Source: Blasia pusilla (lineage: Eukaryota). From it: DNA of 64,000 nt. Under the pieces are notes generated by a model that was not told the origin of the DNA, did not search any database, and saw only the letters and a list, made by a program, of their open reading frames with translations. Shown here piece by piece: positions 28,085 through 39,849 of this stretch (the stretch's first letter is position 1; each line of letters begins with the position of its first letter). The stretch lies in contig CM114271.1 of the NCBI GenBank assembly GCA_050084515.1, positions 27,838,001 through 27,902,000 on the forward strand, in the 5' to 3' direction. A program made the translations under genes and the position numbers.

Positions 28085-29203
28085 GCGACTCGCAAAGTGC
28101 CGAGTCCTAGAGATGAGGATGACCCAAATGTGAATCTTTCCGCATGGTCTTCGGCTCCAAACACAAATGACCCGGCCTTTTATATACAAATGATGGATTT
28201 GATGAAGGTGATGGCGGACCAGATGGCCCAACAAAGCAAGGTGATCATAGAACTCAAGTCAAATTGAGCCTCTAGTTCTGGCAAGAAGCTTTGTAAGACA
28301 AATTTGCCAACACCATTCACAAGAATGGGGCTCTCTCGAAAAGTGAACGAGTTTCTAACAGAACTCAAACTTTACTTCGAAGCACAAAGGGCAGAGGAGC
28401 AGAATAAGGTGACTGTAGCTGTCACGTTCCTAAAGGATCACGCTCTCCACTGTTGGACGGCTCACTGCAAAGAACATCTAGGCCGTGGAAGAACTTTGAG
28501 TTGATAAGAGTTCAAGATGTTGATTGGTAATCGACTCACTCTGAATATTAGGAGTATCGCGATGGCATGGAGTTTGTGCAGTTGCGCAGCAAAGCGGTTC
28601 CCTTAGCGCTTACGTGCGAGAGTTCAGTGCCTAAATGATCTCAATTTCCACGGATCAGTTTACAAAGTATGTAATCTTCTTAAGTGGACTCAAGCCAAGC
28701 GCAGAAAAGGCCTTCTTTTGTATGCCTCACATTCCACAGACGTGCGTGGAGCTTCTGAGGCTAGCGGATCAGATAGGGGACGATAAATTCCGAAACCAAA
28801 AACCATCGAGCCAAAAAGTTCTTCTAAGTTACGGAAAAATGAGGGTTTGGAATGGGGGTGAGCGCGACCACGGAGGGTCTCTTGCCCTAGTAGCAAAGCG
28901 AGTGGAACTCAACGCGAAGCCAAGAGGGCCGCCATTCCTCGAAGTCAGCAAACGCCAAAGGGATTTTCTGCAATTGTGGCGAACCCGGGCATATGGCTAA
29001 GGAATGTGTGAGGCCCAAGGTTACTAAACCGTGTATAATTGCGTTTGCTGCTAAGCACTTATCAACAGGAGATTTAGATACATCTCTCCAAGTCACCAAG
29101 AGAACGCCCAATTCGGTTTACCTAGGATCCAAGATCGCTCATCGCAATGTGATGTTGCTCCTTGATACAGGTGCTTCGAACTCATTCTTGAGCCCAAGAA
29201 TTT
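28085..29203 (+). pseudogene. gag: Gypsy gag-protease remnant
   Basis: KVNEFLTELKLYFEAQRAEEQNKVTVAVTFLKDHALHCW and LLDTGASNSFLSPRI, parallel to the 18-19 kb copy. Confidence 0.85.
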
Positions 29204-29813
29204 GGGAAAACTCAGCACATTTTAGGTATGGAAATTCTTTTCCAAATAGATATGTTTGAGACAAAGATATTACGAATAATCTTAAGATGTAGGTATATCT
29301 CCAAATGTCAAAGTTATTGATATGTAATGTGGATGGGGAGAAGGGCAAGAAGGGACCCTTTTTTACGACCCCTACAAAAAGTCGAGATCGAGTGCAGAGG
29401 CTGCAAAATACAAGTTATTCTGCAGCATGTGCACCCTTGATCTAAATTTTTCTACAGTTAGATGGTCATGGTTCTCCCAACTGTAATGATTCATACGTGA
29501 GTAAATAAATTAAATCGAAAAAATTAAATCGACACGATTCTTCTAGGCCGGACCATTACTCTCTGAACCTCTTCCTTGTCTTAGTCTCTCTCTGGAGTCC
29601 GAGTGTTGCGGAGGCACTATTATTGTTGTTCTTGTCATTTATAGCTTCGGCTCTGCCCAAACATTTCTCTCTTCACGCCGAACCCTCTTCCTCCGGCAGT
29701 ATTCGTCTCTCCGGAGTCCAAACCCTCTTTAAGATCCGGAGTCCGAACACTGAAGCCAAAATTGGGGCCGCATACTGGTTAATACATTGAAATTTCACTT
29801 TAGAAGCTCAAAT

Positions 29814-29886
29814 GTCTTGTTAGGGGGAAGGATACTTGGCTCCCTATCGGTGGGAGGCGTGCCCAGGTTCAAATCCTGCCGAGGAT
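29814..29886 (+). other. tRNA-like Pol III head (pseudo-tRNA or tRNA-derived SINE)
   Basis: B-box GGTTCAAATCC in a cagg/cctg T-stem, a ctccc-tatcggt-gggag anticodon-like arm, a weak A-box and an imperfect acceptor stem. Confidence 0.4.
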
Positions 29887-31861
29887 GTTTATAGAAATTC
29901 CATGGAGAAGGGGGTTGAGTTGAAGGGGAAGAGGTAGGCCACAACCCAAACTCCTAAGTTGAATAGTTTCTTGAACTATTTTCTGGTCTTCCAAATCTGC
30001 CCTGATGTCCAAAGGAGGCCTGGAAAATTTTATCCTGCTTGTTTCCCTTGCATCGGAAATTTTCCAATCAGGCTTGGAAACAATCTAAAATCAAACGTTC
30101 AAAAAATAGAAAATAGGGAAGATAAGTGGCAAAAGGAAATCTCCTGAGAATTTTCCCGTCCATTTCAAAAAGTGTCTTTTCCAACCATATAAATATTCTA
30201 AAAAATGACATAATAAACCACCTGCCAGAATCTACTGGTTTAAAAGAAAAAACTACCCGAACCTGGCCACGGAGAAAATCCAGTAACCACCCTCCACAAT
30301 TGGGAGGAATGCCCGAGTTTGTTTGTTTAAATATTAAAGAAGAGTGGCATTAGATTTCAAATCCAGTGTGAGATCGAGCCATATGTCACAATCCCACACG
30401 TTCAGCAGCTTCAGCTCCGTGATTTCGGGAGCGTGGAAAGGTTTGGTGCCGATCATTCGAACTTTCGGTTCGAGGGACACTCGTATTTCATCCGCAAAGA
30501 AAAGAGAAAGGCCTTGTGGTTGTCCCTACGTGGCGAAAGATCCTCTCGCCGTGTGCGCAATTGGCAATCGCTAAACCCTTCGCAGTTTGCGCCAGCCATT
30601 TGAGAGACGACAGGTACTCACTCAACCCCACCACCCCCCTCCTACCGGGATCGCAAGTAGAAGCCGAGCAAGCTTGGGGCAAGTGGGCCCGCGCTCTTGA
30701 CAAGCACAATGAAAGCGAGCGATCGAGTGGTCCTCACTCCCTCGCACCACAAAGAATGAACCGATGTGTGCCCACTTTTTTGACAACAACTACCTTAGCG
30801 TCACCGCAGTGACCGCACGAGTCATACTCTTACCGGAGTCCTGGCGCACTGACCGTATGCACCCTTTGTGTCCGCTAACCGCACAAGCGACCCGTAGCAC
30901 TTGGGCCTGGTCGTTCGAAGTGAAACGCGAGAAGAGAAAGTGGGTGGGAATATTTCTAGTCATCCTCTGTGGTGGCTTTCCAGGATGAAATATATATTGA
31001 GTAAAGGTTCTCAACTTCTCGCGGACTCGGAAGGTTCCGAGTGTCGCATAATTCTTGAGATATTTTGCGCGACAACACGTGCGTGGTAAATCTTACTACA
31101 GGTTATCATATCTTCGGCTCCATTTTTTATACTCGCCGCTCGCCTGGGAGTATGTGTGTGCCGTGCTTAGAAAATATTGATCATGAAATTTTCATTAATG
31201 ATTTTTCCTTATATGACTTATCAAGGATTCCAAAGGTTCAAAGTCTCTCATTATTTCCAGATTACTCGACTAATGAGGTGCTCCGTTATGCACGATCGCT
31301 CTCAAGTTATTTTTTTTCCACTTTCAAATTCTAAAATGGAAACTTAGAGTAATATGGGAGAGTACTTTTTCATTTTGCAAATTTTATTTGACATTTTCAA
31401 TTAATGAGATTGTCTTTTAAATCGATAACATCATTCAAAATTCATTAAAAATTATATTAAAAAATTATTGAAGATAACATAAGTCTCTTATTATACAGAT
31501 TTATGCCAATACAGTTTAGAACATAGCATAATGATGAGTTTTGTTGATTAGGACCACATGCAATACATCGTTTGATCTATGGCTTCCTCATTTAGAAACT
31601 TTATATCGATGGTCCAACACTCATGTCAATGAGGGTTTGAAGTAAAACCCCCAACCGCTTGTATATAAGTAAGTGAACACATGCCATGTGGAGGGTGATA
31701 AAAAAGAACCAAGTAAACCTATTTGACGGATATATCTATTCACTAGTATATTGCCTGCATAAGGAAACATATGTACAAATGGGCAAATGTTTTATTTCAA
31801 TCACATATTTGGCAATATTTTACATACTATATTTTGTGTATTATTTGAATGTTCATCTCAA

Positions 31862-32076
31862 TCTGTATCATTATAGGAGAGTGCCTTCTTGATTTGCAGA
31901 CATCTCTATGCTTGACACGTGACAATTGGGTAACAAGAAATTGTTTCACATGCTACTAGCAGCAAATAAAAATTTGAATTTATGTACAACATCATTAATT
32001 TCTTTCCTTCACGGGCTATACGCTAACTCTTCAAACACTTTTTAATTTCCTGTGCATTGTAAGGGCATCTGACTAG
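31862..32076 (+). mobile_element. Short non-autonomous Helitron-like element
   Basis: 5' TC (tctgtatcattataggagagtgcc) to 3' CTAG. The same family starts at 33152, about 48498, about 61805 and about 63378. The 33152 copy is split by the large retroelement and ends at CTAG 43183-43186. Confidence 0.55.
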
Positions 32077-33280
32077 AGTTCATTACTAAATACCCATATC
32101 CATTCTATAATGACCCGCTTATGTGAAAATATTTTTTTCAATAAAAAGGTGGATGATCATAAAATACTCAATACATAATAATCGGATCCTACATCAGGTT
32201 ATCTATTTTATTAAAAGAGGACGGGGTTTGAGAACCCGTCCTCAGGTAATGACATATAGGCATTTTAAGGTCTTAGCCTTACGACACGTGGAGGGCCGAC
32301 ACAAAGGGGGGAGGGGTATTCAAGTAGTAAGGCTTTAGGGGTAGGGAGGGGGCATTCAAGTAATGAACATGTTTTAATTTTATTATTTAAACCACACTAG
32401 TTAGATGGGTAGAAATATTCCTAGTAGAAAAAATCATAAGGATTTGAATAAAGTAGAAAATTAACTTATTTAGTATTAATAATGTATTTAATATGATAAT
32501 GGGGGATTAAAAATATTAATAAAATGGAATAATTTGGATTAATTTTTTTAAGAATTTGAGTCTTACTTCACATGTGATGGAAAGGGAAAATTTTAATGGA
32601 TAAGGAGTAGATCAAATTTTATGGAAGGTTAAAATTATTTAGAGGATTGGGATATCATTTAAATTTGAATTGAGTATTGTAATTACTTAAAAGAGTGAAA
32701 TTTTCTTATTCTTCTAAGATTTTAGAAAATTATTATTATATTTTAAAATTTAAATTATTGATGTCATTATTTTTAATTTAATCGTATTAATTTGCATGTG
32801 ATATTTTGGGAAAGGAAAATAAATTTTAATGGAAAAGGAAAATCATGTAATTAAATAAAATTAATTAAGAATTTGTTTAGTGAATGCGATTTTGGTAGGA
32901 AGAGTGGAAGGGGAAGAATAAATTTTGTTGGAACTTTTAGGGAGGAATGTTATTATTTAGGAGAGATGGATATTATCTAAAGGTGATTTTCTTATTCTTT
33001 TAAGATTTATACGAGTGGAAATTACACATAAAATTTGAAATTAAATATATTTTGAAAATTTAAATATAACTTTTAAAAAAATATCATCGACACCTACTTA
33101 GAAGCCATTCTATTGAGGAAATTGTGCTAGGTGTGCATGACACGGGCAACATCTACATTATTATGGGAGAGTGTCTTCTTGATTTGCAAACACCTCACCT
33201 ATATCTTTGATACGTGACAACTAGGCAACAATGAAATATATCTTCTTATGCAAGTCCCGATGAAAAAAATTTGAATTTGT

Positions 33281-33862
33281 TGTCGTACGAATCCACATCG
33301 TCATACAACATACATCGCTGACATACCATACTCACATACATACATAACATAGACGAGAGCATCCACAAACACCAGTGTACCACAACTGAAATCCGTGAAA
33401 GACCTACTGTCATAAAACACGTATAGAATCACATACAATCGAGCCAAACCCACTCCACGATGGGAGAATCTAGATCGAAGCTTGCGGGAAACACCATAGC
33501 CAAGAGCTCTACTCACTACCAAGGCTAACTCCCAACGCAACAGGCTCAACTCAAAGAACTGACTGTTCTTTGAGTGCACTCCACCTTATATCCTCCAACC
33601 TAAGAGCGGACCCTACTAGAGAAGTCACCATCAACTGAGTAACCCCCAACCCTATGTATGAAATTGCATCTCTACTTAGACACTGCGGCCCTATATAAGG
33701 TATGGCCTCTAGTAGCACACTATACTCTACGATATAATCCGTATGGTCATGACAGTTGTCGTGCAAATCCACATCGTCATACAACATACATCGTTGACAT
33801 ACCATACTCACATACATACATAACATAGACGAGAGCATCCACAAACACAAGTGTACCACAAC
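33281..33862 (-). repeat. 3' terminal block B1-A2-B2
   Basis: B1 (33757-33862) and B2 (33281-33386) are 106-bp direct repeats with 4 mismatches, flanking A2. A PPT-like AGGGGGGCGA (33872-33863) lies immediately before B1. Confidence 0.95.
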
Positions 33863-34035
33863 TCGCCCCCCTAATTGGCGGTTAGGTACCTCTAACTCCC
33901 TGGTAGCCCTATACATCTACTACATACTATACACCTTCTTGGATGCACGAATCAAAAGGCCGGGTGCTAGGTTGCCCCATCGTTAGTCGCACATCTGTAA
34001 TCCATATCATGCAAAGATCAAGTCATCTACCCCTC

Positions 34036-34554
34036 CTAAGTACATCGAGGACAAACCCACCATCCAGTAGGAACAAAATCCATACGTGGAGTCAAACACA
34101 TCATGTGCCAACCCCTAGAACACCGATCACACACCAACATACGGGCTGCGTTACCAGCAGACCCACACAACATGCACCTCAAGCTAGCACGTATCATGGC
34201 TAAGCTTGGGTCAACAGTACCATCTACATTTGGAAGATGACATGGCGCACAATTACGCACATGGTCCTTCCAAAAAACTCCATCACGACCCTCCAACATG
34301 AGAACTCCAGAAGCTAACACCTCGCGCACTCGTAAAATAGTGCGGCCTGCCGTCACATCCAAGGTTTTCGGTGTAATCTGCTGCAAATAGACATAGTCCC
34401 CCACATGGAACCTACGAATCGATGGTCGATAACCTCCACCATGAATGGTTGCATACCGCAACGTATCCCTGTGTTGAGCAATGGCAAGATTCTCAAAGGC
34501 TGTTGGTATAACTCTCCGAAAAGAGCTCGCCTCACGAGAAACACTCTCATCCAC
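34036..34554 (-). CDS. Integrase C-terminal region ending in a PHD finger
   Basis: RFHVGDYVYL (integrase C-terminal), then CMLC...LVCDRCSRGWHMMCL..VPTGWWVCPRC, a C4HC3 PHD finger. Confidence 0.88.
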   Translation of the reverse strand: MDESVSREASSFRRVIPTAFENLAIAQHRDTLRYATIHGGGYRPSIRRFHVGDYVYLQQITPKTLDVTAGRTILRVREVLASGVLMLEGRDGVFWKDHVRNCAPCHLPNVDGTVDPSLAMIRASLRCMLCGSAGNAARMLVCDRCSRGWHMMCLTPRMDFVPTGWWVCPRCT

Positions 34555-34559
34555 ATCTC

Positions 34560-36212
34560 TGGGTCATCAAGGTTCACCACCTCACTAGACTCCCGACAAA
34601 TTGCTGCTGGCAAGTCTGGATCTCGGCCGTATAACAGAAATTAAGGTGAGAAGGAAGCCAAGGATGCTTGGCGACTGAACCTATACCCCATGGCTAACCA
34701 TGGCAAGTGAATATCCGGTCTCAAGATGCCCTTCAGAGGCCATACTTGCGCAATGCCCTCTTCACCGTCTGAACCACACGCTCAGCCAAACCATCCGCCC
34801 TGGATGATCTCGAGTCGTGGTCCGATGATCAATCAACGCCTTGTCACACAAGACCGAAACTCACCCAAACTCAGACCTGGTCGGTCAAGACTTCACCTGG
34901 TGCACCAAAATGACTAAGCATTCTATCAAGAAATGCATACGCCGTTCCTCACTTGCCTTGTCGTAATGCCACCAACTCAATCCACTTGGAGAAGTGCTCC
35001 ACCATCACCAACACATATCGATGATGTCGCATACCAACGGTAAGGGTCCCCAAAGTCCAAATCCAACAAGAACTCCAACCCCATAATAGGCAAGGGATGT
35101 AACGTGGTGTAGGGGCATTGAATGATGCCTCACCCGGTCACAAACCATACAACATGACACCAACTGCTGCACCTGAGTATGCATGCCACGCCACCAATAC
35201 TGACCAAGGAGTAAGCTATACGTACGCTTTACCCCAAAATGTCCCAACTCCTCATGGGCCTGTCGCACAATGCGCTCTCTCTGAGCCAAAGGCGGCACTA
35301 CTCGTACTCTACCATCCTCCCACACACGGAGAATATGTGTTCCCTCCAATCGATACCTCTTAGCATGTTGAAGAACACGGTCTCGCTCCTTGGCACTCAC
35401 TATGCTTGGCACCCTACTGGTCCGTAGGAACTCCAATGCCAACGCATCATCATGAATATCACGCTGATCCATACCACCATCTCCAACCTTAGGATCTGAA
35501 GGCTGGCCATCTACCCTCTGACTAGAGTAAGATATCATGTGGTCCTCCATACTAGAGTCCACCCCTAACCAACATAAAAAGGCGGACGCATGCCAACTTT
35601 GCACCATCTCCTCATCAACCTCGTCATGCCATCTAGCCCAAGTTGTATCCTCTTGGCTAGTACATGGGTTCCTACTCAACCCATCAGCATCAAGGTTGGC
35701 AACTCCAGGTCTATGTACCACCTGGAAGTCATACTCCTGTAAGATAAGAGCCCACCGTGCAAGCTTCCCTATAAGCTTGTCAGACTCCATCAACTACTTG
35801 AGCGGCTGGTGATCAGTAACAAGGGTAAACTGTGTGCCAAACAAGTAACATCTAAAGTGTGCCACAGCCCACAAAACTGCCAAGTACTCTCCCTCATATG
35901 AACTATAGCGCGACTCCGCTGCATTATTCGAACGACTTGCATAGGCACAAACTCCATGTGCTCATCATCATGTTGTGTTAACACCGCTCCAAGTCCCAAC
36001 CTAATCCAATCAGTGTGTAATTGAAATGGGCGCCCTCTGATAGGTCTCCTCAAGATAGGCGCCGCCACCAACTGGGCCTTAAGCTCCACAAAAGCTCTCT
36101 CGTGATCATCTCCCCAGTGCCACTCTTGATATGATTTCAGCAATTGGTTCAAAGGCTTTGCCATAGCACTAAATCCCTTCTCATACCTCCGATAGTAGTT
36201 CGCCAATCCCAT
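34560..36212 (-). pseudogene. RNase H and DDE integrase
   Basis: RNase H: FQLHTDW..GLGAVL and KLARWALILQEYDF...ADGLSR. Integrase HHCC: HEELGHFG...CMVC. Frameshifted core: GPLP, LTDQ, IDHRTT..DHP.ADGLAERVVQTVKRAL. Confidence 0.9.
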
Positions 36213-36218
36213 GAATGC

Positions 36219-37124
36219 TCAAACTCTACTCACATCTACCAGAGGCGGAAAAAGTGCAATAGCCTCCACCTTTGCTTGCTGAACTCCCAAACCACCTGGA
36301 TAGATCACATGACCCAAGTACTCAATATCCTCATGGAAGAACTTACACTTTCCTTGATGCAAACTTAGACCATGAGCTTTCAACCGCTCAAACACCATCT
36401 GCAAATGTATCTGATGCTCCTCCACCGTGTTACTGAACACCAAGATATCATCAATGTAACACCGAACAAAATCCAACCCTGCTAGGATCCTAACCATCAC
36501 TCTCTGAAACTCGGCAGGTGCATTCTTCAACCCAAAGGGTAAGAATTTCCACTGGTACAAACAATCCTTGCCATGAGAGTTGACACCCCAAAATGTTGTC
36601 TTGGCCTTGTCACTCTCTCGAATCGGCAATTGATGGTATCCTGCCCGAAGATCCAAAGTACTGAAAATCTTTGCTTGTCCCACCACATCAAAGATCTCCT
36701 CAAGTGTAGGCATGGCATACCTATCGGCCTTGGTTTGCCGATTGATAGGACGATAATATCCGCTATCCGTGTAGTTGCCATGCATATCCTTTTTAGCAGA
36801 CATGATAGTGGCTGATGCATACTCTCTATGCGAAAACTCCACTAATCCAACCTCCAAAAGGTCCAACATCCTACTCTGAATCAGGTCCCTCTCCATATCA
36901 CTATATCGGTAGGGATGACGGAAGATTGGCGTATCACTAGCCAAATCAATCCGTATATCGGGTCCAACCAGAGAACCCAACTCCCTCATGCTAAAGGCAA
37001 AACAACTCCTATAAGCACGTAGGAACTGTGTCAAGCGTCGTTTCTCACCTCCCGTAAGCTTGGGCCCAAGTAATGGCTCCCAAGTCTCCTCCACTGGCAC
37101 ACTAGAGGGAGGGGACGATGCCAT
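36219..37124 (-). pseudogene. Reverse transcriptase
   Basis: YRPINRQT..DRYAMP, FSTLDLRAGYHQ, LPFGLKNAP, CYIDDILVFS, YLGH. Confidence 0.95.
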
Positions 37125-37394
37125 TGGCTGCTACGCAACCCCCTCACAAGATAGTACACCCTTAGCTACACCATCAACTGAGCAAATAACTCCTCCACCA
37201 GCATGAGCAACCAACTCCACATGCCCAACCATTACATAACATTTACTCCAAGGATGCAAAATACTACTCTCCCCGCCCCCAGCCGATGCCTCTATCGTCC
37301 CGGTAGCCATCGAGCTCATTACAAGGGATGGAAGACCCACAAACATAGTCTGAAGTCGACGCTGCTCGGCCATACCAAGACTCAAAATCCAAGT

Positions 37395-38459
37395 CTAACA
37401 ATTCAGGTCCATGGCTTGACCCAACACATGACGTCGTGAAGCCTCAGAAATGGAAGCAACCGCTGTCACACCAGTAGCAAATCCCATCGCACGCTCTCTC
37501 TCATCAGCGTTAGGCTCCACCAACTGTCGCACATGAGAATCCCATACAAGCCCGGAACCACCTTCCCTGTATGCATGTGACGAGGGAAAATTGAGAAATG
37601 TGGGTAGTGCCATCCTAGGCTGGCCCACACGGTTCACCACTGCCATGGGTGACCGATCAAAAACCCTCCCCACCTGAGAAAGTCGCCCAGTATCTAAGAT
37701 ACTATCCACTGTAAGGCAAGGATCCCGCTGCACTGCATCATATGCTTGACGTAGAACCTCCCTAGGCAACAAGTTTGTCCACCACAAGCGTGGACGATGT
37801 GCACGCGAGCCAACTCTCGCTGCATCCAACAACACCGCTGGTCCAATCCAAGACCGCACCTCATGAACACTCGCCATCATCCGGGTCCGAGTGTCACTCA
37901 ACAATGGAACATTTTCCAGAATGTAAGCAAGAGCACGTGCCTGATGAACCTGAAGATGTCGTAACACCCGTAACATCTCCCAAAACAATCGAGATCTAGG
38001 GTCGTGTAATCCCTCACCACGACCAGCACGTGTATGACCCTGACATGGCCATCCAACAATCACCGAATCCACACGACCAACCCTCTCAAGGTCCTGCGCC
38101 CCCAACAATGCAATGTATGACGGTAAAGCACGCTGGTACCCACGAATAGCTGATGGCGGCAACAACTCAGGATATCTCCGCATCAACTGACCAATATGTC
38201 GGGATGAGACTCTCTGGGCCGTCTCATCTCGCTCCACATACACGTATCTCCGCATAGGAATACCGGCCTGCAACAGTGCAGCCAAACCACTGCTAATCCC
38301 ACCAAAGAGATCTAACACAAAAATGCCCTCCGGCGGATACTGCCATACAATGGGTGTAGTATCCAAAGGGGATAACCCAACTGGACGAGAAGTAGGATTC
38401 CGCCGTGGGGCCTCCTCTTCCTCGTGAGGTATAACAGCCTCACACCAAGCCTCCTGCAC
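37395..38459 (-). CDS. C5 DNA cytosine methyltransferase domain within retroelement Pol
   Basis: Motif I VLDLFGGI, II YVERD, IV GWPCQG (catalytic Cys), VI YILENV, VIII AHRPRLWWTN, IX ERERAMGF and X RRHVLGQA, in canonical order in an uninterrupted 354-codon stretch. Confidence 0.92.
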   Translation of the reverse strand: MQEAWCEAVIPHEEEEAPRRNPTSRPVGLSPLDTTPIVWQYPPEGIFVLDLFGGISSGLAALLQAGIPMRRYVYVERDETAQRVSSRHIGQLMRRYPELLPPSAIRGYQRALPSYIALLGAQDLERVGRVDSVIVGWPCQGHTRAGRGEGLHDPRSRLFWEMLRVLRHLQVHQARALAYILENVPLLSDTRTRMMASVHEVRSWIGPAVLLDAARVGSRAHRPRLWWTNLLPREVLRQAYDAVQRDPCLTVDSILDTGRLSQVGRVFDRSPMAVVNRVGQPRMALPTFLNFPSSHAYREGGSGLVWDSHVRQLVEPNADERERAMGFATGVTAVASISEASRRHVLGQAMDLNC

Positions 38460-38498
38460 TAGGCGATCAGCCTCATGCCGTTGTGCACCGCCTGAACT

Positions 38499-39100
38499 CT
38501 AAAGTGGCACATCCAACGATGAGGATGCCACTGCTGCAAAAATAGGGACCTCCTCTACCTCCTCATGCACAGGAGAATCCATAGCATAAACATTACGCTC
38601 CAAAAAGTCTCCTGGCCAAGTGACTACTCCACTAAAACCAGCCACATATGCTAACATTGTTGGGGAAGACCCTCCTGGTCGAGCCCCATAAATAAATCTC
38701 ACAGGAACTTGGCTCATACGTCCATCCCCGGACTGCCAACCAGGTCTATAAGACGCTGTCTCAGTCCAGTAATCCATCTGAAAACCCATCGGGTGCACAT
38801 CGCTCCTCCAACTAGTACATCATACGACTCGGTGATGTGACTACCGTGAGATACTCCCAACCATGAGCTATCGATCGCATGATCTCAGTCTCAACTGCAT
38901 TAAAACTTCTCCCATTGTCATGAATTGAGACCTATCATTGGCTCCTCCAAGTGATGTTTGAATCTGGAATGGGCAAGGCTCAAGCTCTGACCTCCGAATA
39001 CCCAAACCAATACATGCCGCCTTTCCCAACATCAAAGGTTGGGCACCAGAGTCTAACAAACTCTATCTGGTCTATATACCTGTCCTGTAGGACTCACCAA
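38499..39100 (-). pseudogene. Aspartic protease domain
   Basis: LDSGAQPLMLG (D-S-G active site) followed by PCPFQIQTSLGG. Frameshifted. Confidence 0.75.
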
Positions 39101-39849
39101 TCGGAATATCCCACTCCGGTTGTCCAACATACATACACCAGGTGTAAGCCTCTCACGATCAATGGCTGGCCGGGCTGGTAATGCATCCATCTTCGCCGCT
39201 GCTGTCTGCCAAGTAGCACTGGTACTCAATGCTACACCTGACATAGAGGGTCGCTCCACCGCAACACCCTCATCCACCTTAGCACGTGTAGTAGTAACAC
39301 CCCCACGTTCACATAATGTGGCTGCTAGCTGAAATACAGGAGCTAAGTAAACTCCTAAAGCCATCAACTCCGTGGCCAAAAACAATGGGGATCCCAACAC
39401 TGAAGTTGCCATCCGCAATACTGCACTAGATGCTGCATCCGTGTCTACTACACGCGATGTAGATGCCTAAGTCCCCACTGTCGGCTCAATAGGCTGCGTA
39501 GGAACCATGGATGGAGTCCTAAGCACCTTAGACAACAAGAATGACTGGGGAAGCCTAGCCTGCCTCCCAGCCTCATCCCTCTATGGGTCCAACTCCACAG
39601 AAGCACCACGTGGCTCTGACGCTCGAGTGGCTCCTCTCGTAACTACAGCCGATGCCTCAACTTGTGCTGCACTCGCCATATGAGAGAGATCATCCCCTCC
39701 ATAAGAGGTGGAGGCCCCTGCTCCCGAACCTGATCTATGCTGGATACCAGCCATAGTAGCCAACTCTCGCTCCAATCGCCGATCCTGGCACCATAGTCGA
39801 CTCTGTGTCGAGTGGTACGGGTAGCCACCGTAGGCTCTCCAACCACTAG

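Larger units (their letters stand above)
24530..29203 (+). mobile_element. Second, older copy of the gypsy family (5' LTR + PBS + gag/protease), carrying two nested insertions
   Basis: The LTR (24530-25480 joined to 26763-26831) is the reverse complement of the family LTR and is followed by PBS tggtatcagaac at about 26834. Gag/protease remnants lie at 28085-29203. Confidence 0.85.

Noticed and set aside
37395-38459. Host DRM/CMT/MET1 gene or bacterial contamination
   Set aside because: It has no introns and no BAH, chromo or UBA domains, its motif order is not permuted, and it is in frame with the retroelement RT inside a TSD-bounded element in plant repeat context.
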